Assembly (NCBI GenBank): GCA_016938245.1
Contig: JAFGUY010000107.1
Coordinates: forward strand, 1 to 29,156
Direction: 5' to 3'
Length of the DNA stretch: 29,156 nt
Origin: Candidatus Omnitrophota bacterium
Lineage (GTDB): Bacteria; Omnitrophota; Gorgyraeia; Gygaellales; Profunditerraquicolaceae
Shown: in pieces, positions 1-8,764 of the stretch
How the letters are laid out: the number at the start of each line of letters is the position of its first letter
Position numbering within the stretch: the first letter of the stretch is position 1
Notes under the pieces: model-generated
Told to the model about the DNA's origin: nothing
Seen by the model: the letters and a program-made list of their open reading frames with translations, nothing else
Databases searched by the model: none
Translations under genes and position numbers: made by a program

Positions 1-69
1 ACAGAAACTTCTTTGGTCTTGTATCTATGCGTCCGATTTACCATGGACAAGATAGATTCGTTCCATTAC

Positions 70-627
70 TTATGCGAAAGTCAATAAAACCCAGGCGCAA
101 TCCTGCTCATTATCCACTTCACACTTTCCTTTATTCATTCCTCCGCAGGGGCCATTAAGCAACCCCTTCGGGCAAAGAGTAACCGGGCAAATCCCTCCGG
201 TCTTATCCAAGATACATTCTCCGCACATCGAGCATTTTTCATAAAAATTGCCCTTAGCATCCATAACCGCGCCAAAGGTTGTATTAAGCGCAGGGAAAAC
301 CGCCAAGCTAAACCTGTCGTTATCTTTAAAGGACTGGACGCCTAAGCCGCAGGCTAAGACTAAAACCGCATCTGATTCTTTTAGGGCTTTTATATTTTTG
401 GCTGTCTCGCTTTTAAGTTTTGCCGCCACACAAGGCGCAGAAGGGATGCAACTTCCGGTAATAGTTTTACCGGCTGCCTCTAAATCTTTTTTCATTTGAG
501 CCACTTCCGGTTCGCCTCCGGTCTTACAGGCAGTAGCGCACTCTCCGCATCCGACAATGAAAATTCTAGAGTAGCCTTTTAAGCTATCTATAATAGTTTG
601 AATGGGTTTTCTCTCTGTTATAACCAT
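70..627 (-). CDS. metV: MetV-type methylenetetrahydrofolate reductase small subunit (MTHFR C-terminal-like, Cys-rich); 3' end apparently truncated
   Basis: Motifs GCGECATACKTGG, LACGLGVQ, CSMCGECILDKTGGICPVTLCPKGLLNGPCGG and CEVD..QDCAWVL match the MetV family. The protein stops four residues after CAWVL, where homologues normally continue. Confidence 0.8.
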   Translation of the reverse strand: MVITERKPIQTIIDSLKGYSRIFIVGCGECATACKTGGEPEVAQMKKDLEAAGKTITGSCIPSAPCVAAKLKSETAKNIKALKESDAVLVLACGLGVQSFKDNDRFSLAVFPALNTTFGAVMDAKGNFYEKCSMCGECILDKTGGICPVTLCPKGLLNGPCGGMNKGKCEVDNEQDCAWVLLTFA

Positions 628-633
628 AGGGAA

Positions 634-662
634 ATTTTAACACTAATTAGTGCTATTCTCAA
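634..662 (-). promoter_or_regulatory. Putative sigma70 promoter for metV with a palindrome in the spacer
   Basis: Minus strand reads TTGAGA-N17-TAAAAT with a TGn extension, 6 nt before the ATG. The perfect palindrome CACTAATTAGTG (641-652) lies in the spacer. Confidence 0.4.
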
Positions 663-690
663 GGAAAATAATAAAACTTTTTCCCGGAAA

Positions 691-3684
691 CTATTCTTTT
701 TCTTTCTGTTTCTGTTTTTCTTCGATAAGTTTCTGGGTGATTTCCTGCGGAACCTGCAGGTATTTGGAGAACTCCATGGTGGCATTTGCGCGGCCGCTGG
801 AGAGCGAACGGAAGGCAGTGGCATAACCGAACATTTCTGAAAGGGGTGCTTCTGCGGAGATTATCTTTTGCTTTCCCTTAGGTTCGGCGTTTAGGATTTT
901 CCCGCGACGGGAACAAATATAGCCTATGCAGGCATTAGCATATTCCTCTATTGTTGCAACCTCCAAAGACATATAAGGCTCTAATAAAATCGGTTTGGCT
1001 TTCATAAAGGCTTCTTTAAATCCGAATATCCCTGCCATCTTAAATGCCAATTCAGAAGAATCAACTTCGTGAAAAGACCCGTCATATAATTCTACCTTAA
1101 GGTCAACAACCGGATAACCGACATATACGCCTTTTTGTATTGCCTCAATTACGCCTTTTTCTACTGCCGGAATAAACGAGCGCGGTATCGAGCCGCCTTT
1201 AATTGAATCAATAAATTCAAAACCCTCGCCGGGCTTAGCCGGAATAATCCTTAAATTACAATGTCCGTATTGCCCGCGGCCTCCGGACTGTTTAATATAT
1301 TTTCCTTCGCCTTCTGACTCCTCCGTGATTGTTTCACGATATGCTACTTTTGGCTGACCGACAATTGCCTCTACCCCGAACTCTTCTTTTAGCCTATCGA
1401 CAATAATTTCAAGGTGAAGCTCTCCCATGCCGGTTAAAATTACCTCTTTAGTTTCATCGTCGGTATTAACAAGGAATGTCGGGTCTTCTTCGGTAAGCTT
1501 TGCCAATCCTTTGCCTAATTTATCCTGATCCGACCGGCTCTTTGGCGCAATACTTAATGATACAACCGGCGTTGGGAATTGAATTGCCTCTAATAAAATG
1601 GGATTTGCAGGATCACAAAGTGTATCTCCTGTGACAGTATTGCCTAAACCAACAACCGCTACAATATCTCCGGCAAAGGCATTCTCGATATTTTCTCTCT
1701 GGTTTGCATGCATCTGGACAATTCTAGCAACCCTCTCTCTTTTATTCTTAGTAGAATTTAAAACATACGTCCCGGTCTCTAAACATCCGGAGTAAACACG
1801 CACGTAAACTAACTTGCCCATATGCGGGTCAGCTTGGACTTTAAAAGCCAGCCCGGAAAAAGGCTCGTTAGGCTCAGGCTTGCGCGGCAACATCTTTTCT
1901 TTATCTTCTAAATCGTGCCCCTCTACCGCAGGTACATCCAAAGGCGAAGGGAGATACATAATTACCGCATCTAAAAGCTTTTGCACTCCTTTATTCTTAA
2001 ATGCCGAGCCGCAGATAACCGGAACTGCCTTATTGCCTACAGTGCCGCGGCGTATTCCTAAAGATAATTCTTCTGCGGTAACCGCGCCATCGCCCGACTC
2101 AATATATTTTTTCATTAGGCCTTCGTCAAATGCCGCTGCCTTTTCAATCATAATGCGCCGGTATTCTTTTGCCTTTTCTAAGTAATCCTGCGGGATATCT
2201 TCAATACGGTATTCTTTCCCCTGGGACTCATCCTCATAAATATATGCTTTCATCTCTAATAAATCGATAACACCTGCAAAATTATCTTCTGCCCCTATCG
2301 GTATTTCTACCGGAATAGGATTGCCTCCTAAGTCAGTCTCCATACCCTTTAATACCGCGTAAAAATCCGCTCCGGTCCTGTCCATCTTATTTACAAAACC
2401 TACCTTAGGTACATTATATTTATTTGACTGGTGCCAGACTGTCTCTGACTGCGGCTCGATTCCGCCGACGGCGCAAAAAACCGCCACAGCTCCGTCTAAA
2501 ACACGCAAAGATCTTTCTACCTCAACTGTAAAATCAACATGCCCGGGTGTATCAATTATGTTTATACGGTAGCCTTTCCAAAAACAGGTTGTAGCTGCTG
2601 AAGTAATAGTAATCCCGCGCTCCTGCTCCTGTTTCATCCAATCCATTGTTGCTGCTCCCTCGTGGACTTCGCCTATCTTATGGGAGCGGCCGGTATAAAA
2701 AAGTATCCTCTCGGTAGTAGTAGTTTTCCCGGCATCAATATGCGCCATAATTCCGATATTGCGGGTTTTCTCTAATGAATACTTAGGCTGCGGCTTGGTC
2801 CTTTCTTTAGGACGGGCCTCGGCTTCAACAGGTTGCGTTTCGGGTTCTGGCTCTTCTACCTTGGATTCCTCGGGTGCGGGCTCTTGCGGCGCAGGCGTTT
2901 CTTCCGGCGGTTTTTCCCCTACAACAGGCTTGGCTTCCTCCTTGGCAGGCTCAGGCAGAGGCCCTTCTTGAATCTGTTTTCTTAAATGAGCGATCTCCTC
3001 GGCAAAGCTTTTAAGCCTTTCATCTTTCTGCTCCAGCTCCTTCTCTAAATCAGTATATTCTTCATTTAATTTATTAAATTCCGCTTTAGGGACCCACTCG
3101 CTTATCTTTTCTTTATGCTTAAATTCATCTATTGTCTTTAGATAAACCTTGGCATCCTGCTCATTTTTTTCTATCCTGTGCCGCTGTATTTCAATCTGCT
3201 CGGATTTATCTTTAATAACTTTATCTAATTCAGCTATCTTATCATTAAATTCCCTTATCTCTTTCTTCAGGTTGACATTTTCAGTAAAATCATCCTGCGA
3301 GCCTTTTTCTTTATTTAAAAATTTATTCTTTAGCTCTAAATTCTCCGCCTTAACTTTATTGAGCATCTCTTCAGAAGCAGCTACCCACTTTTCTCTACGG
3401 CCTAACTCCTGTTTTAACCCGTCATACTTGGCTATTGCCTCCTGAAACTGCGCTTTTTCAGAAGCATACAAAGAGCGCGCCTTTTCAAGCTCTGCCTCTA
3501 AAACCTTTGCTTCCTCTTCAAGCCTTGCTATCCTCTGATCGCGGAAATCCGGCAGGGAAGAAATATTATTCTTTTTCTTCTGCTTCTTTTCTCTAGGGGA
3601 TGACGCGGGTGAAAGAATCCCGAATAATGCATATATAACCATGCCTGCTGCCGGAACTAAAATTATTAATGTTAGGTTATCCAT
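691..3684 (-). CDS. fusA: Elongation factor G with ~300-aa N-terminal extension (TM helix + coiled coil + Pro/Glu linker)
   Basis: Residues ~300-997 carry all canonical EF-G motifs: [62 protein letters not shown]. Residues 1-25 are hydrophobic, ~47-241 are E/K/L-rich heptad-like, ~242-300 are P/E-rich. One uninterrupted ORF. Confidence 0.95.
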   Translation of the reverse strand: MDNLTLIILVPAAGMVIYALFGILSPASSPREKKQKKKNNISSLPDFRDQRIARLEEEAKVLEAELEKARSLYASEKAQFQEAIAKYDGLKQELGRREKWVAASEEMLNKVKAENLELKNKFLNKEKGSQDDFTENVNLKKEIREFNDKIAELDKVIKDKSEQIEIQRHRIEKNEQDAKVYLKTIDEFKHKEKISEWVPKAEFNKLNEEYTDLEKELEQKDERLKSFAEEIAHLRKQIQEGPLPEPAKEEAKPVVGEKPPEETPAPQEPAPEESKVEEPEPETQPVEAEARPKERTKPQPKYSLEKTRNIGIMAHIDAGKTTTTERILFYTGRSHKIGEVHEGAATMDWMKQEQERGITITSAATTCFWKGYRINIIDTPGHVDFTVEVERSLRVLDGAVAVFCAVGGIEPQSETVWHQSNKYNVPKVGFVNKMDRTGADFYAVLKGMETDLGGNPIPVEIPIGAEDNFAGVIDLLEMKAYIYEDESQGKEYRIEDIPQDYLEKAKEYRRIMIEKAAAFDEGLMKKYIESGDGAVTAEELSLGIRRGTVGNKAVPVICGSAFKNKGVQKLLDAVIMYLPSPLDVPAVEGHDLEDKEKMLPRKPEPNEPFSGLAFKVQADPHMGKLVYVRVYSGCLETGTYVLNSTKNKRERVARIVQMHANQRENIENAFAGDIVAVVGLGNTVTGDTLCDPANPILLEAIQFPTPVVSLSIAPKSRSDQDKLGKGLAKLTEEDPTFLVNTDDETKEVILTGMGELHLEIIVDRLKEEFGVEAIVGQPKVAYRETITEESEGEGKYIKQSGGRGQYGHCNLRIIPAKPGEGFEFIDSIKGGSIPRSFIPAVEKGVIEAIQKGVYVGYPVVDLKVELYDGSFHEVDSSELAFKMAGIFGFKEAFMKAKPILLEPYMSLEVATIEEYANACIGYICSRRGKILNAEPKGKQKIISAEAPLSEMFGYATAFRSLSSGRANATMEFSKYLQVPQEITQKLIEEKQKQKEKE

Positions 3685-3687
3685 TTT

Positions 3688-4995
3688 CTATTTTTCGTTT
3701 CTACGCAGCTTGGCCATACGCTCTTTTATCTTAGCCTCATACCCTATTTCCGTCGGCTCATAATAGCGCACTTTTTTACGGGTATATTTTTGTTTTACAT
3801 AATGCCCCTTATAATCATGGGCATATTTATAATCTTTGCCGTGGCCTAAATCTTCTCCGTCTAAAGTGGCATCCTTTAAATGATCCGGGACATCCTGAAC
3901 CTTATTATTCTCTATGTCCTGCATTGCCTTGTCAATAGCTAAATAGCTGGCGTTAGATTTGGGGGCGCAAGATACGTAAATGACTACTTGTGCCAGAGGA
4001 ATACGCGCTTCAGGCATGCCGACAAATTCTGATATTTGCAAAGCAGCGTTTGCCAAAACTAATGCCAGAGGATCGGCATTACCAACATCTTCAGCTGCTA
4101 AGATACAAACCCTACGGCAGATAAACCTCGGGTCTTCTCCGGCATAAAGCATCTTAGCCATCCAGTAGAGCGCTGCGTCAGGATCACTCCCGCGCATAGA
4201 TTTAATAAAAGCAGAGGCAGTATCATAATGTCCGTCTTCATCCTTATCATAAACAACCGGCTTTTTCTGGATAGACTCTGCTGCAACCTCTAAATTAAAA
4301 TCAATAAACCCGTCTTTTGATTTAGGGGTAGTAAGGGCCCCGACTTCCAGCGCATTAAGGGCTCTGCGCGCATCCCCTTCACAGGTATGCGCCAGGAAAT
4401 CAAGCGCCTTTTTATCTGCTTTAATCTTTAAAGAGCCTAACCCTGACTCTTTATCCTTTAAGGCGCGGTTTAGAATAGCAATAATATCGGCTTCTTTTAG
4501 GCTTTTAAGCTCGCAAACTAATGAGCGCGATAATAAAGGCGCGGCAAGAGAGAAGAAGGGGTTATGCACTGTAGCCCCGATCAGTACAGGATTTCCGCTT
4601 TCTATATCCGGGAGAAGCACATCCTGCTGGGCTTTGTTAAAACGGTGTATTTCGTCTATAAAAAGGATGGTTTTTTTATTGGTATTGGCTTGTTTCTGCT
4701 TTGCGGATGCAATTATCTTACGCAATTCCTCAACATTGGGAGTAGTAGCATTAATTCCGGTATAATATGATTTGGTAATATTGGCAACGCACCATGCCAG
4801 AGAAGTCTTCCCTACGCCCGGAGGGCCAAAGAGGATAAGCGAGCTTAAGCGGTCAGCTTCGATTGCCCGGCGCAAAAGTTTACCCTTGCCTAATATATGC
4901 GCCTGTCCGGTAAAATCATCTAAAGACGCCGGGCGCATGCGCACTGCCAAGGGGAGTTTTTTTATATCAACCGGTTTTTCTTCGAAGAAGTCCAT
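3688..4995 (-). CDS. rarA: Replication-associated recombination protein A (MgsA/RarA AAA+ ATPase)
   Basis: LAVRMRP, Walker A GPPGVGKT, Walker B LFIDEIHRFNKAQQD, GDARRALN, YDKDEDGHYD..SAFIKSMRGSDPDAALYW, EFVGMPEARIPL. Confidence 0.95.
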   Translation of the reverse strand: MDFFEEKPVDIKKLPLAVRMRPASLDDFTGQAHILGKGKLLRRAIEADRLSSLILFGPPGVGKTSLAWCVANITKSYYTGINATTPNVEELRKIIASAKQKQANTNKKTILFIDEIHRFNKAQQDVLLPDIESGNPVLIGATVHNPFFSLAAPLLSRSLVCELKSLKEADIIAILNRALKDKESGLGSLKIKADKKALDFLAHTCEGDARRALNALEVGALTTPKSKDGFIDFNLEVAAESIQKKPVVYDKDEDGHYDTASAFIKSMRGSDPDAALYWMAKMLYAGEDPRFICRRVCILAAEDVGNADPLALVLANAALQISEFVGMPEARIPLAQVVIYVSCAPKSNASYLAIDKAMQDIENNKVQDVPDHLKDATLDGEDLGHGKDYKYAHDYKGHYVKQKYTRKKVRYYEPTEIGYEAKIKERMAKLRRNEK

Positions 4996-5020
4996 AAATT
5001 ACTTATCTCAATATAAAAAA

Positions 5021-5173
5021 ATCCCCGCATTGTGCCGTTGGACTGAATAGCTTGAACCATGCTTTTAAAGGTGGATGCCCTCTCTATAGCGCAAAAGCGC
5101 TACAGAATACAGGCTCCCTTGATATTTTTGTTGGTTCAAAAATTATCAAATTTCCAACGCGCACCGCAGGGAT
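5021..5173 (-). ncRNA. ssrS: 6S RNA
   Basis: Minus strand: ATCCCTGCGGTGCGCGTTGGA...TTGAACC...GGGAGCC...GGCATCCACC...GGTTCAAG...TCCAACGGCAC..TGCGGGGAT. Ends pair into a rod (ATCCC/GGGGAT, GTTGGA/TCCAAC, TTGAACC/GGTTCAA) around a central bubble. A U-tract follows and a strong promoter precedes it. End coordinates are approximate. Confidence 0.85.
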
Positions 5174-5200
5174 ATCTTAAAGATCTGTTTTTCTAAAAAA

Positions 5201-5228
5201 AGTATAACACATATTTTGGGAAAGTCAA
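5201..5228 (-). promoter_or_regulatory. Sigma70-type promoter of 6S RNA
   Basis: TTGACT-N16-TATACT with TGn extended -10, directly upstream of the 6S RNA. Confidence 0.7.
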
Positions 5229-5253
5229 CCCCTCGGCTCAGCTCGAGGTAAAC
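5229..5253. repeat. Short REP-like palindromic element
   Basis: CCCCTCGGCTCAGCTCGAGGTAAAC with stem CCTCG/CGAGG, just after the pheT stop. Shares the core AGCnnAGyCGA with the element inside thrS (14416-14439). Confidence 0.5.
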
Positions 5254-5254
5254 C

Positions 5255-7279
5255 TTACCTCATCACTGCGTCGAATTTCTCTTTAAGCTCAAGACAAATA
5301 CGGCTGTGCACCGAATAAACCTCTTCTTCGGTTAAGGTGCGCTCGTTTGAGCCGTAATTACATTCTATGGTTAACCCCCGGCACCCTTCCGGAATCTGCT
5401 TGCCTTTGTAATAATCAACTACCTTTATACTGCGCAATAGGGGCCATCCTTTTTCTTTTAACGCAACGATAACCTCTTTTACGGAATTTTTTTCTTGCAA
5501 AATAAAGCTTATATCGCGGGTAATAACAGGGTATTTCGGGAGAGAGACGTATTTTTTCTCTGTTCGCGCATAAGAAATAAGTTTATCTAACGATATCTCA
5601 AGCATAAAAACATTTTTATTCTTAATCCCAAACTTGTCTAAAAGCTCCTGCCCTAACATCTCCATGTAGCCTGTTTTTTCTTTATTAATATAAATACCCG
5701 CCCTTCCCCCCTGCCCCTGATTAATAAATTCATAGCCTTGCACCTTAAGCCTTTTAAAAATTTCTTCTGCTATGCCTTTTAAGTTAAGCAACCCTAATTC
5801 ATCTTTTATCGCAGCATTATTAAAAAACATTCTTTTGGCCCCGGTTAAGGCTATCCCGAGCTTAAGCTCTTCATAAGGGGAGCTGTCTTTCTTTAAGAAA
5901 ACATGGGATATTTCAAAAAGGGCGATACAGTCCTGCTTCTGATTTAGATTGTTCGCGACAGCATGGGTTAATCCCGGGATAAGCGTTGTCCTTAAAGCTT
6001 CCTGCTCCCGGCTTAAAGGATTCAAAAGCTCTATTGCAACTATTCCGGGATTGAAATCTTGCAGGGTTTTAGAACCATCCAGGCTATAGGTAATTGCCTC
6101 ATTTAACCCTAAGCCAACCAAGATGTTTTTTATATTAGAGACTAAACTTCTATTATCCCTTATAGTTATTGGTGGCAAAATCTTAGGCAGGCTAACCGGG
6201 ATATGCTCATAACCAAAGATACGGGCAACCTCTTCAATTAAATCCTCCTCTAAACAAACATCCTGCCTGAATGAAGGAATGCCTACTTTTAATAAACCTC
6301 TCTTTCCTATCTTAAGCTTAAACCCAAGGCCGGATAAAATCTCTTTTGTTTCAGAGCCCTTTATACTTATGCCTAATACTTTTTCTACATTTAAAGTGTT
6401 TAAAATAACGTCCCTTTTTTGGGCCTTCTTTAAACCCACGGACTTAAAGCAATGCTGCCTACCTTTGCAAAGCTCTGTAATTAACATCCCTGCTTTTTGG
6501 GAAGCCATTTTTACCGCTTCTAAATCTACGCCCCTTTCAAATCTATAGCTTGATTCACTCTGTATGGAGTGCGCCTGCCTTGTTCTTCTTATTAAAATAG
6601 GATTAAATACTGCTGCCTCTAACAAAATATTCTTCGTATTGTAGGTAACCTCGGATTCCTTGCCGCCCATTATACCTGCAAGCGCCAAAGGTTTTAAGCT
6701 ATCTGCGATAACTAAAGTATTGCAGTCTATACTCCTTAATGCTCCGTCGATAGTGGTAAGCTTCTCTCCTGCTTTGCCCCGGCGCACAATTATTTTATCC
6801 GGGCTTATTTTATCCCAATCAAAAGCATGCAACGGTTCGCCGGTCTCAAATAAGAAATAGTTAGTTATATCTACGACATTATTTACGCTACGGCAACCTA
6901 TTGATTCCAGTCTTTTTCTTAGCCAATCCGGAGATAATCCTACTTTTATATCCCGGATAATCCTGGCAGTATACAGAGGGCAATCTTTTTTATCTTCGAC
7001 CTCTGTTTTTAAGGCTTGGGTGCTTTTTGATTGCATACCAGGCCTCTCATCTTTTATTTTAAGCTTTGCTCCGGTTATCGCCGCTATTTCCCTGGCTATC
7101 CCTAAAATATTCAGCCAATCCGGACGGTTTGAGGTAATTTCAACTTCAAAAATACAATCACCCTCTTTACTCTCCAGGGAGATAACCTCTAAACCCGCCA
7201 TCGTAAGCTTCTCTGCCAGCTTTTCGGGCGGTAATCTTATATCAACATAATCCTTTATCCAGTTGTAGGTAAATTTCAT
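5255..7279 (-). CDS. pheT: Phenylalanine--tRNA ligase beta subunit (short form, apparently lacking the B2 OB domain)
   Basis: MKFTYNWI start, EITSNRPD, GEPLHAFD, YRFERGVD, PSFRQDV..EEDLIEEVARIFGY, C-terminal FDX-ACB domain (RDISF..YGSNERTL). 674 aa. Confidence 0.95.
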   Translation of the reverse strand: MKFTYNWIKDYVDIRLPPEKLAEKLTMAGLEVISLESKEGDCIFEVEITSNRPDWLNILGIAREIAAITGAKLKIKDERPGMQSKSTQALKTEVEDKKDCPLYTARIIRDIKVGLSPDWLRKRLESIGCRSVNNVVDITNYFLFETGEPLHAFDWDKISPDKIIVRRGKAGEKLTTIDGALRSIDCNTLVIADSLKPLALAGIMGGKESEVTYNTKNILLEAAVFNPILIRRTRQAHSIQSESSYRFERGVDLEAVKMASQKAGMLITELCKGRQHCFKSVGLKKAQKRDVILNTLNVEKVLGISIKGSETKEILSGLGFKLKIGKRGLLKVGIPSFRQDVCLEEDLIEEVARIFGYEHIPVSLPKILPPITIRDNRSLVSNIKNILVGLGLNEAITYSLDGSKTLQDFNPGIVAIELLNPLSREQEALRTTLIPGLTHAVANNLNQKQDCIALFEISHVFLKKDSSPYEELKLGIALTGAKRMFFNNAAIKDELGLLNLKGIAEEIFKRLKVQGYEFINQGQGGRAGIYINKEKTGYMEMLGQELLDKFGIKNKNVFMLEISLDKLISYARTEKKYVSLPKYPVITRDISFILQEKNSVKEVIVALKEKGWPLLRSIKVVDYYKGKQIPEGCRGLTIECNYGSNERTLTEEEVYSVHSRICLELKEKFDAVMR

Positions 7280-7282
7280 AGC

Positions 7283-8296
7283 CTAAAATTGTTTTAAGAA
7301 TCTTACATCGTTTTCAAAAAATAACCTTATATCATTTATCCCGTATTTAAGCATGGCGATCCTCTCAATCCCCATACCAAAGGCAAAACCGGTGTATCTT
7401 TTAGAATCAATTCCTACATGCTTAAATACATTGGGGTGTATCATGCCGGCGCCTAAAATCTCAAGCCATCCTTTTTGCCCGCAGACTGAACAACCTTTAC
7501 CCTTACAGATTATACAGGATATATCTACCTCTGCGGACGGCTCGGTAAAGGGGAAGAAGTGCGGCCTAAAACGCATCTTTATACCATCGCCGAATACAGT
7601 TTTGGCAAATAGCTCTAATACCCCTTTTAAATCCGAAAACTTAATCCCTTTATCTACGATAAAGCCTTCAACCTGATGGAACATAAAAGAATGTGAGGCA
7701 TCTACTGCATCCGGACGGTAAACCTTGCCCGGGACAATAATTGCCAAAGGTGGTTTATGCGCCTTCATCGCGCGCACCTGAACCGGAGAAGTGTGGCTAC
7801 GCAATAACATCTTCGGATAATCTTTTAGGTAAAAGGTATCGAATGCCTCGCGTGACGGGTGTTCCAGAGGTATATTTAAACCGGTAAAATTATTATATTC
7901 GCTTTCGATCTCCGGGCCTTCAACTATAGAAAAACCAATACGGCTAAATATAGAACAGACCTCCTCGGTAATCTGGGTTATGGGATGTAAATGCCCTATC
8001 TCTTGGGCAATCCCGGGCATACCGATATCACAATATGAAACCTGCGCATCTTCTTTGTTTCCGGCAATCCCCTTTTGCTTGTCTTCTATTAGTACGGCGA
8101 GTTTATTCTTAAGGGAATTAACTTTTTGGCCGAAAGAGGCGCGCTCTTGGCAAGATAATGAGGGGATAGTTGAAGTTAGCTGCGCAACAATGCCTTTTCT
8201 TCCTAAATACTTAAGGCGGAATTGCTCTATCCCTTCAAGAGATTTTATATTTTTTGCCTCTTCTTCTATTTGCGAAAGAATAATCTCAATATCCAT
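7283..8296 (-). CDS. pheS: Phenylalanine--tRNA ligase alpha subunit
   Basis: GHLHPI, NFTGLNIPLEHPSR, LRSHTSPVQ, FHQVEG, RFRPHFFPFTEPSAEVD, GFAFGMGIERIAML. Confidence 0.97.
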   Translation of the reverse strand: MDIEIILSQIEEEAKNIKSLEGIEQFRLKYLGRKGIVAQLTSTIPSLSCQERASFGQKVNSLKNKLAVLIEDKQKGIAGNKEDAQVSYCDIGMPGIAQEIGHLHPITQITEEVCSIFSRIGFSIVEGPEIESEYNNFTGLNIPLEHPSREAFDTFYLKDYPKMLLRSHTSPVQVRAMKAHKPPLAIIVPGKVYRPDAVDASHSFMFHQVEGFIVDKGIKFSDLKGVLELFAKTVFGDGIKMRFRPHFFPFTEPSAEVDISCIICKGKGCSVCGQKGWLEILGAGMIHPNVFKHVGIDSKRYTGFAFGMGIERIAMLKYGINDIRLFFENDVRFLKQF

Positions 8297-8760
8297 ACTA
8301 ATAATAAAACCCCCAATAATATTGAAGCCTTCTTTATTTTATCCGGGTTAACTTCCTGTGAAATTAGTCTGCCGGATTCTATTTTCTTAAAAACTTGGGC
8401 GTGTATATCTAAATCTCCGCCGTGATCAGGGCAGGCGCGGTTAAATACCCCGGTTATCTCAAATACATCCCCCTTGGCCTTGTAACTTCCGGTATAAACA
8501 ATACTCTTTGTTAAAGAAAACGGAGCCCAGATACCTATTGCGTGCTCTCCGTCATGAATATTAACCCAGGCAAAATCCCCACGCTTCATTACCTCGCCGA
8601 TAACCTCTCCTCTATATACCACTTTTTTCCCGTCATATTCTTTAGCGTTATCGATTAATTCGGTGCTTGAGATATGCCCAAAAGCCAAACCCGGAGCAAC
8701 ATTTATAAAGCACGCTAACAATATAGCAAAAATTAATCGCTTTACATTATTTATCTTCAT
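8266..8760 (-). CDS. Hypothetical exported, membrane-anchored protein with probable OB-fold, coupled to trkH
   Basis: Signal-peptide-like N-terminus (KR-LIFAILLACFINVAPGLA), beta-rich core (YDGKKVVYRGEVIG..WVNIHDG..GDVFEITGVF), CPDHGGDLDIHA motif, C-terminal hydrophobic helix. Starts 4 nt after the trkH stop. The OB-fold assignment is inference. Confidence 0.7.
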   Translation of the reverse strand: MKINNVKRLIFAILLACFINVAPGLAFGHISSTELIDNAKEYDGKKVVYRGEVIGEVMKRGDFAWVNIHDGEHAIGIWAPFSLTKSIVYTGSYKAKGDVFEITGVFNRACPDHGGDLDIHAQVFKKIESGRLISQEVNPDKIKKASILLGVLLLVWILRLFFRK

Positions 8761-8764
8761 CGCT

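Noticed and set aside
2812-2960. Tandem repeat in the P/E-rich linker of the EF-G fusion
   Set aside because: Low-complexity coding sequence without exact DNA repeat units.
691-3684. TetM/TetO ribosomal protection protein or degenerate EF-G2
   Set aside because: Switch I (ERGITI), G1 (AHIDAGKTT) and domain IV loops match canonical EF-G, not those paralogues.
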